A program made the position numbers and the translations under genes. From positions 914-64,913 of IMG/VR virus record IMGVR_UViG_3300042691_035162: 64,000 bases of DNA; one strand, given 5' to 3'. Within the stretch, counting starts at the first letter, position 1. Each line of letters starts with the position of its first letter. This DNA comes from a virus. Taxonomy: Duplodnaviria; Caudoviricetes. This document shows, one piece after another, positions 37,761 to 47,820 of this stretch. Under the pieces are notes generated by a model. It saw only the letters and a program-made list of their open reading frames with translations, had not been told where the DNA came from and did no database searches.

Positions 37761-38539
37761 TGATCAACGTAGTCAAGCGGTACAAGTATGAAACCCTGAC
37801 CCGCCAAGACACTCCTCAGGGGCGCCGGTACGTTAACAGGCATGGCGAGAAGTTGCCCAGCGTCACTACGATATTGGATAAAACTAAAGACAAGACGAAG
37901 TTGATAGAGTGGATTAATAGGGTAGGGGAGGCCGAAGCTGAAAGGATCAAGCGAGAGGCAGCGTCCGTTGGAACCTCAATGCACGCTTATATTGAGGCCC
38001 ACGTCAAAATGCGGCCGATACCCTGCGCTAAGTTCCCCTGGCAGTACAAGGCCTACCGCATGGCTGCCGGCCTAATGGAGGCGTATTTTCCCGAGTTAGA
38101 CGAGGTCTGGGGCAACGAAGTCATGGTCTACAAGCGCGGCGTCTATGCTGGCACTACTGATCTCGTCGGAGTCTTCCGAGGTCAACCATCCATCATAGAC
38201 TTTAAGCAGACCAATAAGATGAAAAAACGGGAGTGGATTGACGATTATTTCGTGCAACTGACAGCATATGCTGCGGCGCATAATGAAATGTACGGCACGG
38301 AAATTCGCCAGGGCGTGGTCTTGATGTCTTCCCAAGATGGCCTCCTGAAAGAATTCATCATTTGCGGGCGCGAATTTGATAGTTACCTGGACCATTGGAA
38401 TGCAAAGGTCAAGGAGTTCTATCGACTTACGGCCGACGCTGCTGAATTAGAGGGGCAAGAGGATCGTTCGGGAACAACGCCTGATACTGCTGACCAGACA
38501 CCGGTTGCGGAGACGGGATCGCAGGAACCGAACGCATAA
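37748..38539 (+). CDS. PD-(D/E)XK exonuclease (Cas4/RecB-like)
   Basis: LPSVTTIL, GTSMH, YAGTTD, IIDFKQ, QLTAY. Confidence 0.85.
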   Translation: MAHLMINVVKRYKYETLTRQDTPQGRRYVNRHGEKLPSVTTILDKTKDKTKLIEWINRVGEAEAERIKREAASVGTSMHAYIEAHVKMRPIPCAKFPWQYKAYRMAAGLMEAYFPELDEVWGNEVMVYKRGVYAGTTDLVGVFRGQPSIIDFKQTNKMKKREWIDDYFVQLTAYAAAHNEMYGTEIRQGVVLMSSQDGLLKEFIICGREFDSYLDHWNAKVKEFYRLTADAAELEGQEDRSGTTPDTADQTPVAETGSQEPNA

Positions 38540-41500
38540 GTCTGCTTTGAGTCAGGCTCATTGATGGTGCGGGGACCACGTTCTCTGGACGAATATCCCG
38601 CTGATATTGCTGCAAGAAAGTCTGGTCCGGCATCCTCGGAACAGGACGAGGCGGGGCAGCGGGTTGAGACGGGACAGCCGGTGCCGGAGAAATTCTTTCT
38701 GGCGGGACTATGGCAGTTGGGCGCGTTAGTTCCTCGTCTTCCATAGCTTGGATTGCCTCAATGCTGGCAATGCGTGGAGAGTTACGCAACAACGAAGGCA
38801 GATAACCACCTACCTGCATAGTTAATTTAGAAACTTGGTTGAACCCTTTTGGCGTAGTAATCGGGGCAGAAGCCTCTACCAGACGGGCAGCATAAGCTGG
38901 GTCAGTCAGGGCGCTTAGCAGGATCTTGTCGGTGATGCTTTGCTGTTGGCGAGTAAAGAAGCGGGACAGGAGCGATACCACAGCGTGCTGGGGGCTGATT
39001 TGACGAATCATTGCAGCACGAGCCGTTGACTCAATGGTGCCTACGCCGGCACCAATCTTTTCCCGGAGTTTTATATCAAACGTACGGAACGGGCTTAGAG
39101 CCCCTTCTGGGCGATTAACTGCGAATACTCGTTCCTGAATTGCTCCAAGCAACTTTAAGTTATTCATATGCTCCGGTGTGTAGAGCATATTTAAAGATTT
39201 GCCGTACCGAGTCAAATACTCGTTTAAGAATTGTGGGTCGTTTTCGTCACGTAATCTACTAACGATTCCTTCCCAAAACTCGCGACGCAGGGCCTGAAGC
39301 TTAGCTTCATCCTTGCCAACAGTATTAATTAATTTACGCATGACAGCCGGATCCTCTACTGCCTGTCGAACCAACTGTCCTACATCTGCGTCTGGGCGAA
39401 TAGACTTCTTGATTAAAGAATCAAGTTCTCTATCTTCCATGGCCTCCACTGCAGCTTTTTGTTTTGCAATTTCGTCTGCAAATGCTTGACCGGTTTTAAT
39501 GTCATTTCTTAAGGTGGCTTGGACAGACTGCGGTAAATCATCCATAACACCGGATCTTGTCAGGCCAGAAACAAACCGATTGTAGGCTCGTGTATCTATT
39601 AATCCATCCTTATCAATTACGCCGGACTGACGAGCCTTTGCTAAAACTGCTGCCTCCATATTCTTGGCATAAGTTGGATTGTCACCAAATATTGCATTCA
39701 AGGAACGAAGGCTTTCTCTATTTTTAAGAGCTTCTTCTACTAGGCGCTGATCGCCCATCTCAAATTCGCCTGTGGGGCGTTTACGAGTAGCCATAAGCGG
39801 GAAGAGCTTATCAAAACCTTTTGTGTACATATCCCGATATGCAGACTCAAGCGCACCAATCCCAGGGGCATTTTTAAATGCTGGTCCCATAAACACAAAG
39901 TTTTCAACGTCCGCAAGAAGCTCCCTGCCGTTACGGTCAACTTGATCCGCAAAGGCTCGCGGCATACCAAACTGTAAGTCGTTTTGGGACTTCACAAACA
40001 TGTGCGTGCGGTAACGTTGGGCGGCCAACAACAAGTCCATTGCTTCGGGAAGCGTGATTTGAGATCCAGTTTTTTCTTCTGCCTGCTTTGTTGCCTGCGC
40101 CAAGATCTGTTTGTCTTGATCCCTTCTAAGAAAATAGGAGGGCGAACGGGAATCAACACCAGGAGGAGTTTTACCCGTAAGGATACGGTTCACTATATTT
40201 TGAATGGTGCTTTCAGCTTCCGATTCTGGAATAGCCCTCATGTACCGTTCGTCTTTCAAACCGTCGCGAACAAGTTTTTCTACGTTTTTAGCAACTGCAT
40301 TTTGTTTTGCATCCTCAAAGATGCTAAGTGCGCGTTGAATATCTTTTGCAGGAGCAGGTACTTCTCCTCCAAACAAACGATTGTCCGGAGTCATTTTGTA
40401 CTTTGCCAACATGCGCTTTGCAAACCCATCAAAGTCTGCTGCAGGAACGCCCTCAATTGGTTCCAAATCTTTACGAACTGGAGCACGGACACCTTCCGGA
40501 CGCATTGTTGCTTTGTCCACCATGTCGCGGAACTTAAACATCATTCCGTCCCTCATGGCCAAAATAGAAGAACGCAAAGTACTACCAACGTCTGCTAGAT
40601 TAGTATCTAAACGATACCTTTCTAGAATGCTGGCTGCCTCATCCGCTTTTAATCCTTCAATTCGATCCAGAGAATCTTTAATAGCTCTGGTCTTTTCGGC
40701 ATCATGCAGCACCAATGCCTCGCCCATGCTCATGGGTGCAGAAGGCTTGAACTTTTGGGCCACATCTAAGAAAGATCGGACGTTTTGATCCATCCTGGCG
40801 TTGATGTCTGCCCGCACAGCGGGGGAAGCACTCCGCATGATTTCGTTGAACGTTTGGCGGAGAGTAGGAATAAGGGTTGCTTCCGGAAGCGAGAACACAA
40901 ACCGCGCATCCTCAAACCCCTCCTGCTTCGCAATATTCTCAATGGCAGTAGTCAGAGCAATTGCATCCTGGGCTTCCATGCCACCTTCTTTGGCCAGCAC
41001 ATCTTGCAACTGTTTAGAGATCGTGCGTTGCGCTCGGGATCCGTAGTAATTGCCCATAAAGCCAACCGGGCCACGGATTCCAGGAATGTTGGGGATCGTT
41101 TCGGCTACGGCTGGGTGATAAAAGTCAAAGCCCTCTGTTCCGGGGACCTTGGGCGATGGAGTGGCAACCGCGCGAGCAACCCCAAGTGTCGGGCTCATTG
41201 AAGCAAGCCGCTTACCTATATCAAGAAGTTTGCTGCCGGTGGCAGGGATAGCAAGAGTTACAGCAACAGGTGCTACTGCAGATAGAACGTCTCGGGCCAT
41301 GCCGGGTTCTGTCGCTTCTTTAGCTAGTTGTTCTGTGCCGCCGTAGACCGCCCCAAAAGTTTGATCTAGGGCAATTGCTTTACCGGGGTTTTCCCTAATA
41401 AAGTCCAGTGTTTCTTTTGCAATCTGCTTGGTGATTGGGGCGCCAGGCGTAAGAGGAGTAGTCAGGGCCTTGGTCCGTGCAATGTAGCCCAAAATGCCGG

Positions 41501-41867
41501 TGGCAGGGACCGTCCCGGCCATGGATTGGCCAATAGCATTTGCCACTCGTTCAACAGCATTCTTGGGAGCAGCAGTCCCACGGTTAAAGTATTGCGTAAA
41601 AGTTGGAATTTCTTCCGGGATAACTTTTAATTCTTTTGCTACGTTTACTAGTTGATCTGGCCCCAACCCAAATAACACAGTGTTAAACCCGGCGCCAACT
41701 TGGCCCAAAGCATCTTTCGCTGAGCGAAAGAAACCACCCTCGTAAACGTCGCCGCCCTTCTCTGGAAGACGAGATTCTTTTACAGAAACTTGCTGAGGTT
41801 CCGTCTGGCCAACTACTTGGCCAGTGGTCATGTCTACCTGTACGCCATCAGATCTAGTGAAAATCAC
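38427..41867 (-). CDS. Large internal virion / DNA ejection protein
   Basis: 1146 aa, helical; last of a four-gene cluster following the tail genes. Confidence 0.6.
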   Translation of the reverse strand: MIFTRSDGVQVDMTTGQVVGQTEPQQVSVKESRLPEKGGDVYEGGFFRSAKDALGQVGAGFNTVLFGLGPDQLVNVAKELKVIPEEIPTFTQYFNRGTAAPKNAVERVANAIGQSMAGTVPATGILGYIARTKALTTPLTPGAPITKQIAKETLDFIRENPGKAIALDQTFGAVYGGTEQLAKEATEPGMARDVLSAVAPVAVTLAIPATGSKLLDIGKRLASMSPTLGVARAVATPSPKVPGTEGFDFYHPAVAETIPNIPGIRGPVGFMGNYYGSRAQRTISKQLQDVLAKEGGMEAQDAIALTTAIENIAKQEGFEDARFVFSLPEATLIPTLRQTFNEIMRSASPAVRADINARMDQNVRSFLDVAQKFKPSAPMSMGEALVLHDAEKTRAIKDSLDRIEGLKADEAASILERYRLDTNLADVGSTLRSSILAMRDGMMFKFRDMVDKATMRPEGVRAPVRKDLEPIEGVPAADFDGFAKRMLAKYKMTPDNRLFGGEVPAPAKDIQRALSIFEDAKQNAVAKNVEKLVRDGLKDERYMRAIPESEAESTIQNIVNRILTGKTPPGVDSRSPSYFLRRDQDKQILAQATKQAEEKTGSQITLPEAMDLLLAAQRYRTHMFVKSQNDLQFGMPRAFADQVDRNGRELLADVENFVFMGPAFKNAPGIGALESAYRDMYTKGFDKLFPLMATRKRPTGEFEMGDQRLVEEALKNRESLRSLNAIFGDNPTYAKNMEAAVLAKARQSGVIDKDGLIDTRAYNRFVSGLTRSGVMDDLPQSVQATLRNDIKTGQAFADEIAKQKAAVEAMEDRELDSLIKKSIRPDADVGQLVRQAVEDPAVMRKLINTVGKDEAKLQALRREFWEGIVSRLRDENDPQFLNEYLTRYGKSLNMLYTPEHMNNLKLLGAIQERVFAVNRPEGALSPFRTFDIKLREKIGAGVGTIESTARAAMIRQISPQHAVVSLLSRFFTRQQQSITDKILLSALTDPAYAARLVEASAPITTPKGFNQVSKLTMQVGGYLPSLLRNSPRIASIEAIQAMEDEELTRPTAIVPPERISPAPAVPSQPAAPPRPVPRMPDQTFLQQYQRDIRPENVVPAPSMSLTQSRLMRSVPAIPSPQPVSGQQYQALFPNDPLAPLIQQRRP

Positions 41868-44185
41868 TGGGCAGTTCCTCGTAGCAATTGCTGGACATAG
41901 GGGTGGCTGGAGTCAATACGCTGAACTTTACCATCTGAAAACTTCAAGTGCATAGACAAGTTAGGACGCTTGGTAAAGGCGTCGCGCAAAAGCATTTCGG
42001 TGTTTGGCACAACAGGTAACGGATCTGTCTTAGTACCCTGTGGGATACGATCAAGTTGCTTCATTGGGGCGCCAAAGAGTTGGCTGTCGATTTCAGCTAA
42101 ACGATTTAGGTCGGCACGCTGGAAGTTTTGTACGGTACCAATTACAAGTGGTACATCGGTAAACAGGCGATTTGGTTTTTCAGAGAGATCTTGAGCATTC
42201 TTCATATCAAGATTAGATACTCGATCACTGTTTCTGAATAAACCTTTAACTATGTACTCATTACCAATGGCTTGATTTGCACGGATTTGATTGAGTTGAG
42301 TGTCCGTTACACCAAACCCAATATCTCCAAACAGCCCCAAAACTACGCGAGATGCCCCGCTTCGGATTGTGGGTAGAACACCAACGGTGTCGCCGTAAAC
42401 ATCGGACATAAATCTGTCGTACATTGTCAGATTTTTCTGAAGCTTCATGCGCTCATCAATAAGCTTCTTACGAGCTTCAGGGTCGTTTGTAACCGTCATT
42501 GTTTCAGGAGAAACGCGGACGTACGGATTACGCTCGTCCAAGTAACCAACCTGACTTTCTGCTAAAGGTTTGTACGGAGACCAACGCACGGTATTGCTGA
42601 TCCTGTCGTACCATTCTTTGGTAGCGTTATCTTGAGCAACCGTTCCGTTGTCTATATCCCTGGCCAACTGAATGGCTACGTTTCTATCCATGGTCGGATC
42701 TCTGGCAAGAATGGAACTTGTCAGGGAAGAAACTTTGTCACTTAAACCCGTACCGCGTCTAATAACTTCTCGTTGAATAAGGGAAGCAGCTTTTCTTGCA
42801 TCTGCGTATTCCTGTTCAACTGCAGATAGGGCGGCCGCAGCAATGGCCCGTTTATCCTTCTGAGCCTCTGCTCCAATTGCAGCCAGACCGGCCGGAAGAC
42901 CTTTAACACCCTTGGCAATGCGCTCGGCAGTGCTTCTACCCGTGGCGGCAGCGGTATTAACTGCGGCCTCTGCGAGCATAAAGAGAGCTTGAGCCTTCCG
43001 CATTTCTGGATCAGAGCCAAGAAACTCGGAATAGATGTCCATTTTTTCTTGAACGCGTTGACGGAAATCTTTTCCTTGATCTTCGGGTTCAGCACTAGGG
43101 GGAATACGGGTGAATAATCCTTCCCCATCCCTTTTCGGAAGAAGACTATCTTTCGTGAAACCGCCAACTGCTCCGGGGGCCGGGGGTGGAGGAACTCCTT
43201 CCCCTCCACCTCCACTCGGCATTTCTACCTGGGCACCTGGGGCAGGAGTAACTGTGGTGGGAGCAGCGGAGGTAGGAACCACACTTCTAGCAAAACCCGG
43301 GCGATCTTCCGCACCAGCCCCAGTTTCTAAATCAAACATGCTGCCGTATAGTTGACCACGACTTGGATCGGATTCAATCAAAGCGTCGGTTGCAAAACCA
43401 GCCGCAATTCCAGCCGGTCCGAAACGAGTAGCAAAACGGCCAAGATTAAATTTACTTGCCATGGGAAAACCACGGCTAGGCATGTTGGGGTTTGTACCAC
43501 CTACCGGCTGATAAAAACGTCCTTGCTTATCCACGAAAGGTATTTCTTTGCCGGAAGCGGACACAGGGCCCCTGGTCTGCATTTGTTGAGACAGAAAGTT
43601 ACTTACGCGATCATCAATATTCGCAGTTAAATCACGGGCACCACCCATCATTCTGGAAAGCAAACCACGACGCTCTGTTGCCTGACGCAAAAGTTCGTTA
43701 TCAATGGTTGTTCTACCGGCCATTTCGCCGGAAGGAGGGCTGCCAAGTTGACGGTAAACAATTCCGCCGTGAGCCATTTGGATAGGTTCTTGCCCTTGCG
43801 GAAGCATGGGTTGTTCTTCCATACCAGATGCAATACCACCAGGAGGCATTGGCGGGGCTTGTGGGGGAAGACTTCCGATGCCCTGTTGTGATGGTGCGGG
43901 GGCCGGGATCGGTGGTTGTTGCTGCTGTGCAAACTGAGCTTGCATCAGTGTAACTACTTCTTCAGGGGTATCAAACGCTGCTTCCCCGACCATTTGTGCA
44001 AGTTCTAAATAACGTTCATCCATGGAGCGCATGTCTCCACGGATGTTGTTTGCAATGATCTCTAGGTCATCAGGACGACGCTCATATTCGTCTTCGTCAT
44101 CGGCAATCCCGCTTAGGATACCTTTCGATTCTGACTTAGGAGAGACTTTGGCAAACATTGCCCTCTCAAGAACCTGTTTTTTCAT
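41864..44185 (-). CDS. Internal virion / ejection protein
   Basis: Start refined to MKKQVLERAMF after GAGGA; P/Q-rich; MAHGG motif. Confidence 0.6.
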   Translation of the reverse strand: MKKQVLERAMFAKVSPKSESKGILSGIADDEDEYERRPDDLEIIANNIRGDMRSMDERYLELAQMVGEAAFDTPEEVVTLMQAQFAQQQQPPIPAPAPSQQGIGSLPPQAPPMPPGGIASGMEEQPMLPQGQEPIQMAHGGIVYRQLGSPPSGEMAGRTTIDNELLRQATERRGLLSRMMGGARDLTANIDDRVSNFLSQQMQTRGPVSASGKEIPFVDKQGRFYQPVGGTNPNMPSRGFPMASKFNLGRFATRFGPAGIAAGFATDALIESDPSRGQLYGSMFDLETGAGAEDRPGFARSVVPTSAAPTTVTPAPGAQVEMPSGGGGEGVPPPPAPGAVGGFTKDSLLPKRDGEGLFTRIPPSAEPEDQGKDFRQRVQEKMDIYSEFLGSDPEMRKAQALFMLAEAAVNTAAATGRSTAERIAKGVKGLPAGLAAIGAEAQKDKRAIAAAALSAVEQEYADARKAASLIQREVIRRGTGLSDKVSSLTSSILARDPTMDRNVAIQLARDIDNGTVAQDNATKEWYDRISNTVRWSPYKPLAESQVGYLDERNPYVRVSPETMTVTNDPEARKKLIDERMKLQKNLTMYDRFMSDVYGDTVGVLPTIRSGASRVVLGLFGDIGFGVTDTQLNQIRANQAIGNEYIVKGLFRNSDRVSNLDMKNAQDLSEKPNRLFTDVPLVIGTVQNFQRADLNRLAEIDSQLFGAPMKQLDRIPQGTKTDPLPVVPNTEMLLRDAFTKRPNLSMHLKFSDGKVQRIDSSHPYVQQLLRGTAQ

Positions 44186-44195
44186 GTACTTATCC

Positions 44196-45332
44196 TCAAG
44201 GTCCAAATAGGCCAGCTTTTTGTGCCCCGGTAGCAGCAGACAGTGCGCCAATGCCTAAAGAAGCTGCCTGCAGCAATGGACTAGTGGTTGGCGCACTCTG
44301 CCCAGTAATTGCCATGGAACTAGATGGAGCGCCTTTGTAAATGTCCGACAAGAAACCTAGTTGCTGGTAGGGAGCCATTGTCCTTTGCAGTTGCGTAGCG
44401 CGTTGTGCTTCCAAACCTTGCTGGCTAATTTGACGTTGTTGTTCGCCAAGATTAAACAACATATTAACGTCTGACTGACCAGCACGTTGAGCACTTTCAC
44501 CCAAAGCGCCTTGTTGCACGCCAAGAGAACCTAGACCCTGGCCAAGAGAGCCATACAACTGTGCTCCAGTACCGAGGATATTTGCTTGTTGCGCTGCAAT
44601 TTGTGCTGGGAGAAGACCCATTTGAGCTTGTTGCGTGCCCATTTGGCCAAGAAGGCCGGCACCGCTAAGTTGACGTTGCTGCTGTGCTTCGAACCCGGCC
44701 ATCCCAGCTTGTTGTGCTTGAGCGTAGTTTGCAGCTAAGTCTTGTGCAATGCGCTGGCTCATGACATCTTGAAGGCCACGCTCAAACTCTGCACGCTGAA
44801 CACCTTCACGAGTGCCACCAAAAGCACCGGCTCTAACAGCCTGAGCAGCCTGACCTTGGCGAGCGATATCAGCTTGGCGACGCATCTCCGTTAATGCACG
44901 CTCAGTAACCTGTTGCTGATACGGATTCATAAACGCTTGGGCCATATTCGGGTTGTAGCCCATCGTGGCACCAGGCACATTTCCGGCAGCTTGACCAAGA
45001 GTTGTAATGCCCTGTTGCACAGACGGCATGCCTGTGCCTGCTGCTGTAGCAAACTGGGGAAGTTGAGCAGCCATCTGCGTGCCGTAACCCAGCGCTCCAA
45101 TACCTGCTTTGACAGCCTGCCCAGCTTGCGTCATAAACGGCGCGTATGCGCCAATGCCTTGTTTTGCCAGTTGAGCGGCTTCTACTTGCTCCGGTGCCAT
45201 ACCCGCCACTTGATAGGCGGGTAAATCCATGGGTCTCGCAATTTGCGCCTTTGCTGCTTCTAACAGGCCTAACTTATAGGCCTCAATCTGTGGCGCTTCG
45301 CGTACTATCTGTTCGGTAATTTCTGTAGCCAT
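44196..45332 (-). CDS. Internal virion / DNA pilot-type protein
   Basis: Q/A/G-rich, FMNPYQQQV, AGAFGGTR. Confidence 0.65.
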   Translation of the reverse strand: MATEITEQIVREAPQIEAYKLGLLEAAKAQIARPMDLPAYQVAGMAPEQVEAAQLAKQGIGAYAPFMTQAGQAVKAGIGALGYGTQMAAQLPQFATAAGTGMPSVQQGITTLGQAAGNVPGATMGYNPNMAQAFMNPYQQQVTERALTEMRRQADIARQGQAAQAVRAGAFGGTREGVQRAEFERGLQDVMSQRIAQDLAANYAQAQQAGMAGFEAQQQRQLSGAGLLGQMGTQQAQMGLLPAQIAAQQANILGTGAQLYGSLGQGLGSLGVQQGALGESAQRAGQSDVNMLFNLGEQQRQISQQGLEAQRATQLQRTMAPYQQLGFLSDIYKGAPSSSMAITGQSAPTTSPLLQAASLGIGALSAATGAQKAGLFGP

Positions 45333-47398
45333 TATGCTTTCCTTTCAAAGGCACGCATCATTTGGTACATGCGTTTTGCGCCTTCTCTGCGGGATCCACC
45401 GCCAGCACCACGAACAGCCCTAGCAGTCATAACAAATTCTCCATCCGACAACATTGCGGGAATTGAGTCTGAGGTTTCTGTACCTGGACCGGAGATCTGC
45501 CCGGTCCTGCGCGGGAAATGTCGTGGCTGACCACCATTAGCATATCCGCCTAAGTTGTATTTACGAGGCGCAACAGCAGCAATACCACCAGTAGCTGCGT
45601 ACATCATTCCAGGTCTAGTTGGGTACACCGTTTGGCCACCACCTACTGTAACGCCAAAAATGTCCGGGCGACTACGTAAAAGGTCATATCCCGTTTCTTT
45701 GGGAACTATGTTTGGCGGGGTAACTGGTTCTTGTTTAAATCCTCCGGTCAGGGCAAGTGCTCCAAGACCTGTTCCAACAACGCGGCTGGTAGTACCAAAC
45801 ATGGGTTCAGCAGCTTTTTGAATTGCAGCAAGTTGTTTAGCCGCTGCAGGAGTGTTTTTAGACGTCAAATCGGTGAAAGCTTCTTGGTAGTTTTTATATG
45901 CTCCCCCGGATAACTTTTGAGCAGCAGCATTTAAATCTTGGGGGGACGATTCTGGATTATAGAAATCCATGATCCCCTGGCCTACTTTTTTCGCCCCGGC
46001 AGCGGCTTGGTCAAATAAAGATTGTTCAGGAACGACAGTTGAGGAATCTATATAGTTATATGGGGGCTGTTGTGCTAACTGGGCGCCAGCAACATTAGTA
46101 GGTGCTCCTTGAACTAACGGGCCGCCAGACGGGTTGTACTGAAGACCGCGTTGCGCTAGTGCTCTATCCACGGCCTGGCCACTAGCAACATCAGGTGGCA
46201 TTGCTTCAATCAATGGGCCGCCAGACGGGTTGTACTGAAGACCGCGTTGCGCTAAAGCCTTATCAACAAACTCCCCCCTAGCAACATCCGATGGCATTAC
46301 ATTTGATGCCACAGTCTCCGTTGGGGTGGGGATAGCCGCTTGTGTGGGGGTGGCAGGAGGTGCTTGAACCTGAGAAACATTCCCACCAATTAAAGATTTA
46401 ATCCCGCCAGTAAACTTATCGGTTTGTTGCGAAAGAGCTTGGGAAAACGATGTCGGGGCATTTGCCGAAGCCGCAAACGCACCTGGCGTAGTCAATCCAG
46501 TTATTGCTCCTGCGGTAAGTGCGCCAAAGGCCCCAGTTCTTAGAGCATCTTTAACGCTTTGTCCTGCCAACATTGAGGAACCAAAGCCCCCCACAAAACC
46601 GCTCATTGCTGCAATACCAGCAGCGGAGGAGACTCCCATTGCGGCAGCGGCGGCAGGACCTAAGAAAAAGCCAAGAGCAACAGTGGTAACCATTCGGCCA
46701 ATGCTAGAGGAAGCAAACTTTTTGATGCCACGGCCGACATCTTTAAGTGCCTTACCTACGCCTTTGACTAGGTTTTTTGCGCCCTTGACGATCTTGTCAA
46801 TAAAAAATTCTGGGAGTCCTGTTTCAGGGTTGATGGTTCCAGACCCACCTCTGCGGCGCAACAAACGTGCTTCTCCGTGAGTAATGTGGGCCAAAAGTCT
46901 ATCCCCGTGCCGGCCTTTTCCAGCCAGGGCTGCAGCGATCGGATTGAGCTGCACAATCCCGCCTTTGGCAAAAGCCTGTGGTTCGGGGGCCATGGACCGG
47001 GCACTCATCTGGTCCAGAGCCATGTTTAGGGCAGCAAAATAATTTGGGTCAAATTCCGGGGGTAAGAGATCCTCGGGGATTCCCTCCGCCAGAAGGGACG
47101 CACGAATTTGAGGGTAATTCTGTGGATCAGCCAGGATTACATCCACAACCTGGCCTAGAAGGTCGATAACCTCCATGGGAAGATTAATGCTGTTTAGCAG
47201 TTGAACAAACTCGTCCACCGCCTCCGGATCGGCATTTTTTGCCTGTTCAAGCAGTGCATCCCCAAATTCCTTAGGGTTTACCTGCATCCGGGCCTGTTCA
47301 AAGGCTGCCTGCTCTGCCTCACCAACCTGTGCAACGGGTTGAGCCGTTGGTGCTTGCATGCCTGCCTGGGGCAAGGCCATGATTCCTTGGTCTTCCAT
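45332..47398 (-). CDS. Internal virion protein
   Basis: LAHIT..EA..L...GGSGTINPETGLPEF, hydrophobic G/A segment, GPGTETSDSIPAMLSDGEFVMTA; start refined to MEDQG. Confidence 0.65.
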   Translation of the reverse strand: MEDQGIMALPQAGMQAPTAQPVAQVGEAEQAAFEQARMQVNPKEFGDALLEQAKNADPEAVDEFVQLLNSINLPMEVIDLLGQVVDVILADPQNYPQIRASLLAEGIPEDLLPPEFDPNYFAALNMALDQMSARSMAPEPQAFAKGGIVQLNPIAAALAGKGRHGDRLLAHITHGEARLLRRRGGSGTINPETGLPEFFIDKIVKGAKNLVKGVGKALKDVGRGIKKFASSSIGRMVTTVALGFFLGPAAAAAMGVSSAAGIAAMSGFVGGFGSSMLAGQSVKDALRTGAFGALTAGAITGLTTPGAFAASANAPTSFSQALSQQTDKFTGGIKSLIGGNVSQVQAPPATPTQAAIPTPTETVASNVMPSDVARGEFVDKALAQRGLQYNPSGGPLIEAMPPDVASGQAVDRALAQRGLQYNPSGGPLVQGAPTNVAGAQLAQQPPYNYIDSSTVVPEQSLFDQAAAGAKKVGQGIMDFYNPESSPQDLNAAAQKLSGGAYKNYQEAFTDLTSKNTPAAAKQLAAIQKAAEPMFGTTSRVVGTGLGALALTGGFKQEPVTPPNIVPKETGYDLLRSRPDIFGVTVGGGQTVYPTRPGMMYAATGGIAAVAPRKYNLGGYANGGQPRHFPRRTGQISGPGTETSDSIPAMLSDGEFVMTARAVRGAGGGSRREGAKRMYQMMRAFERKA
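46119..46254. repeat. In-frame 96-nt-period duplication with an identical 40-nt core
   Basis: GGGCCGCCAGACGGGTTGTACTGAAGACCGCGTTGCGCTA at 46119 and 46215 (ALAQRGLQYNPSGGPL twice). Confidence 0.85.
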
Positions 47399-47486
47399 TT
47401 GCGTCCTTTCCATATGGGGCGATGGACCTACTTCGTCCGCGCGTCGGGAAAGGACGCGAATTTGGTCAATATTATGACGGATTTCA

Positions 47487-47819
47487 TTAATTTCTGTCCA
47501 TCTCTAGATAAGACAGATAAAAATGTACTGAACCGACCGAAGACTCTATTGTGAGTTCATCAGTGGCCTCTAAAACTACAGGCACGCCAGAAAAAACGTC
47601 CATCGTGGCATTGGGTGCCAGGCTGTAACCTTTGATTAAATAATACTCGGAACCACCCCCAGTTGGGTAGACGGACACCGTAATTGAGGCTACCCCCGCA
47701 TTAGCGTTTGTGACCCGCAAAGAAGACAGAATGGCCGTGTTTGCGTCCGGGACAATGTACATGTCCGTTTCGGATGCCGGAGCCGGAATTAAATGGTTTC
47801 TAAAATATTTATTGGCCAT
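47487..47819 (-). CDS. Small virion protein
   Basis: 110 aa, beta-rich. Confidence 0.6.
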   Translation of the reverse strand: MANKYFRNHLIPAPASETDMYIVPDANTAILSSLRVTNANAGVASITVSVYPTGGGSEYYLIKGYSLAPNATMDVFSGVPVVLEATDELTIESSVGSVHFYLSYLEMDRN

Positions 47820-47820
47820 G

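Noticed and set aside
37748-38539. Cas4-like nuclease as part of the RAMP system
   Set aside because: It is 11 kb away, coupled to the SNF2 helicase, and typical of phage replication modules.
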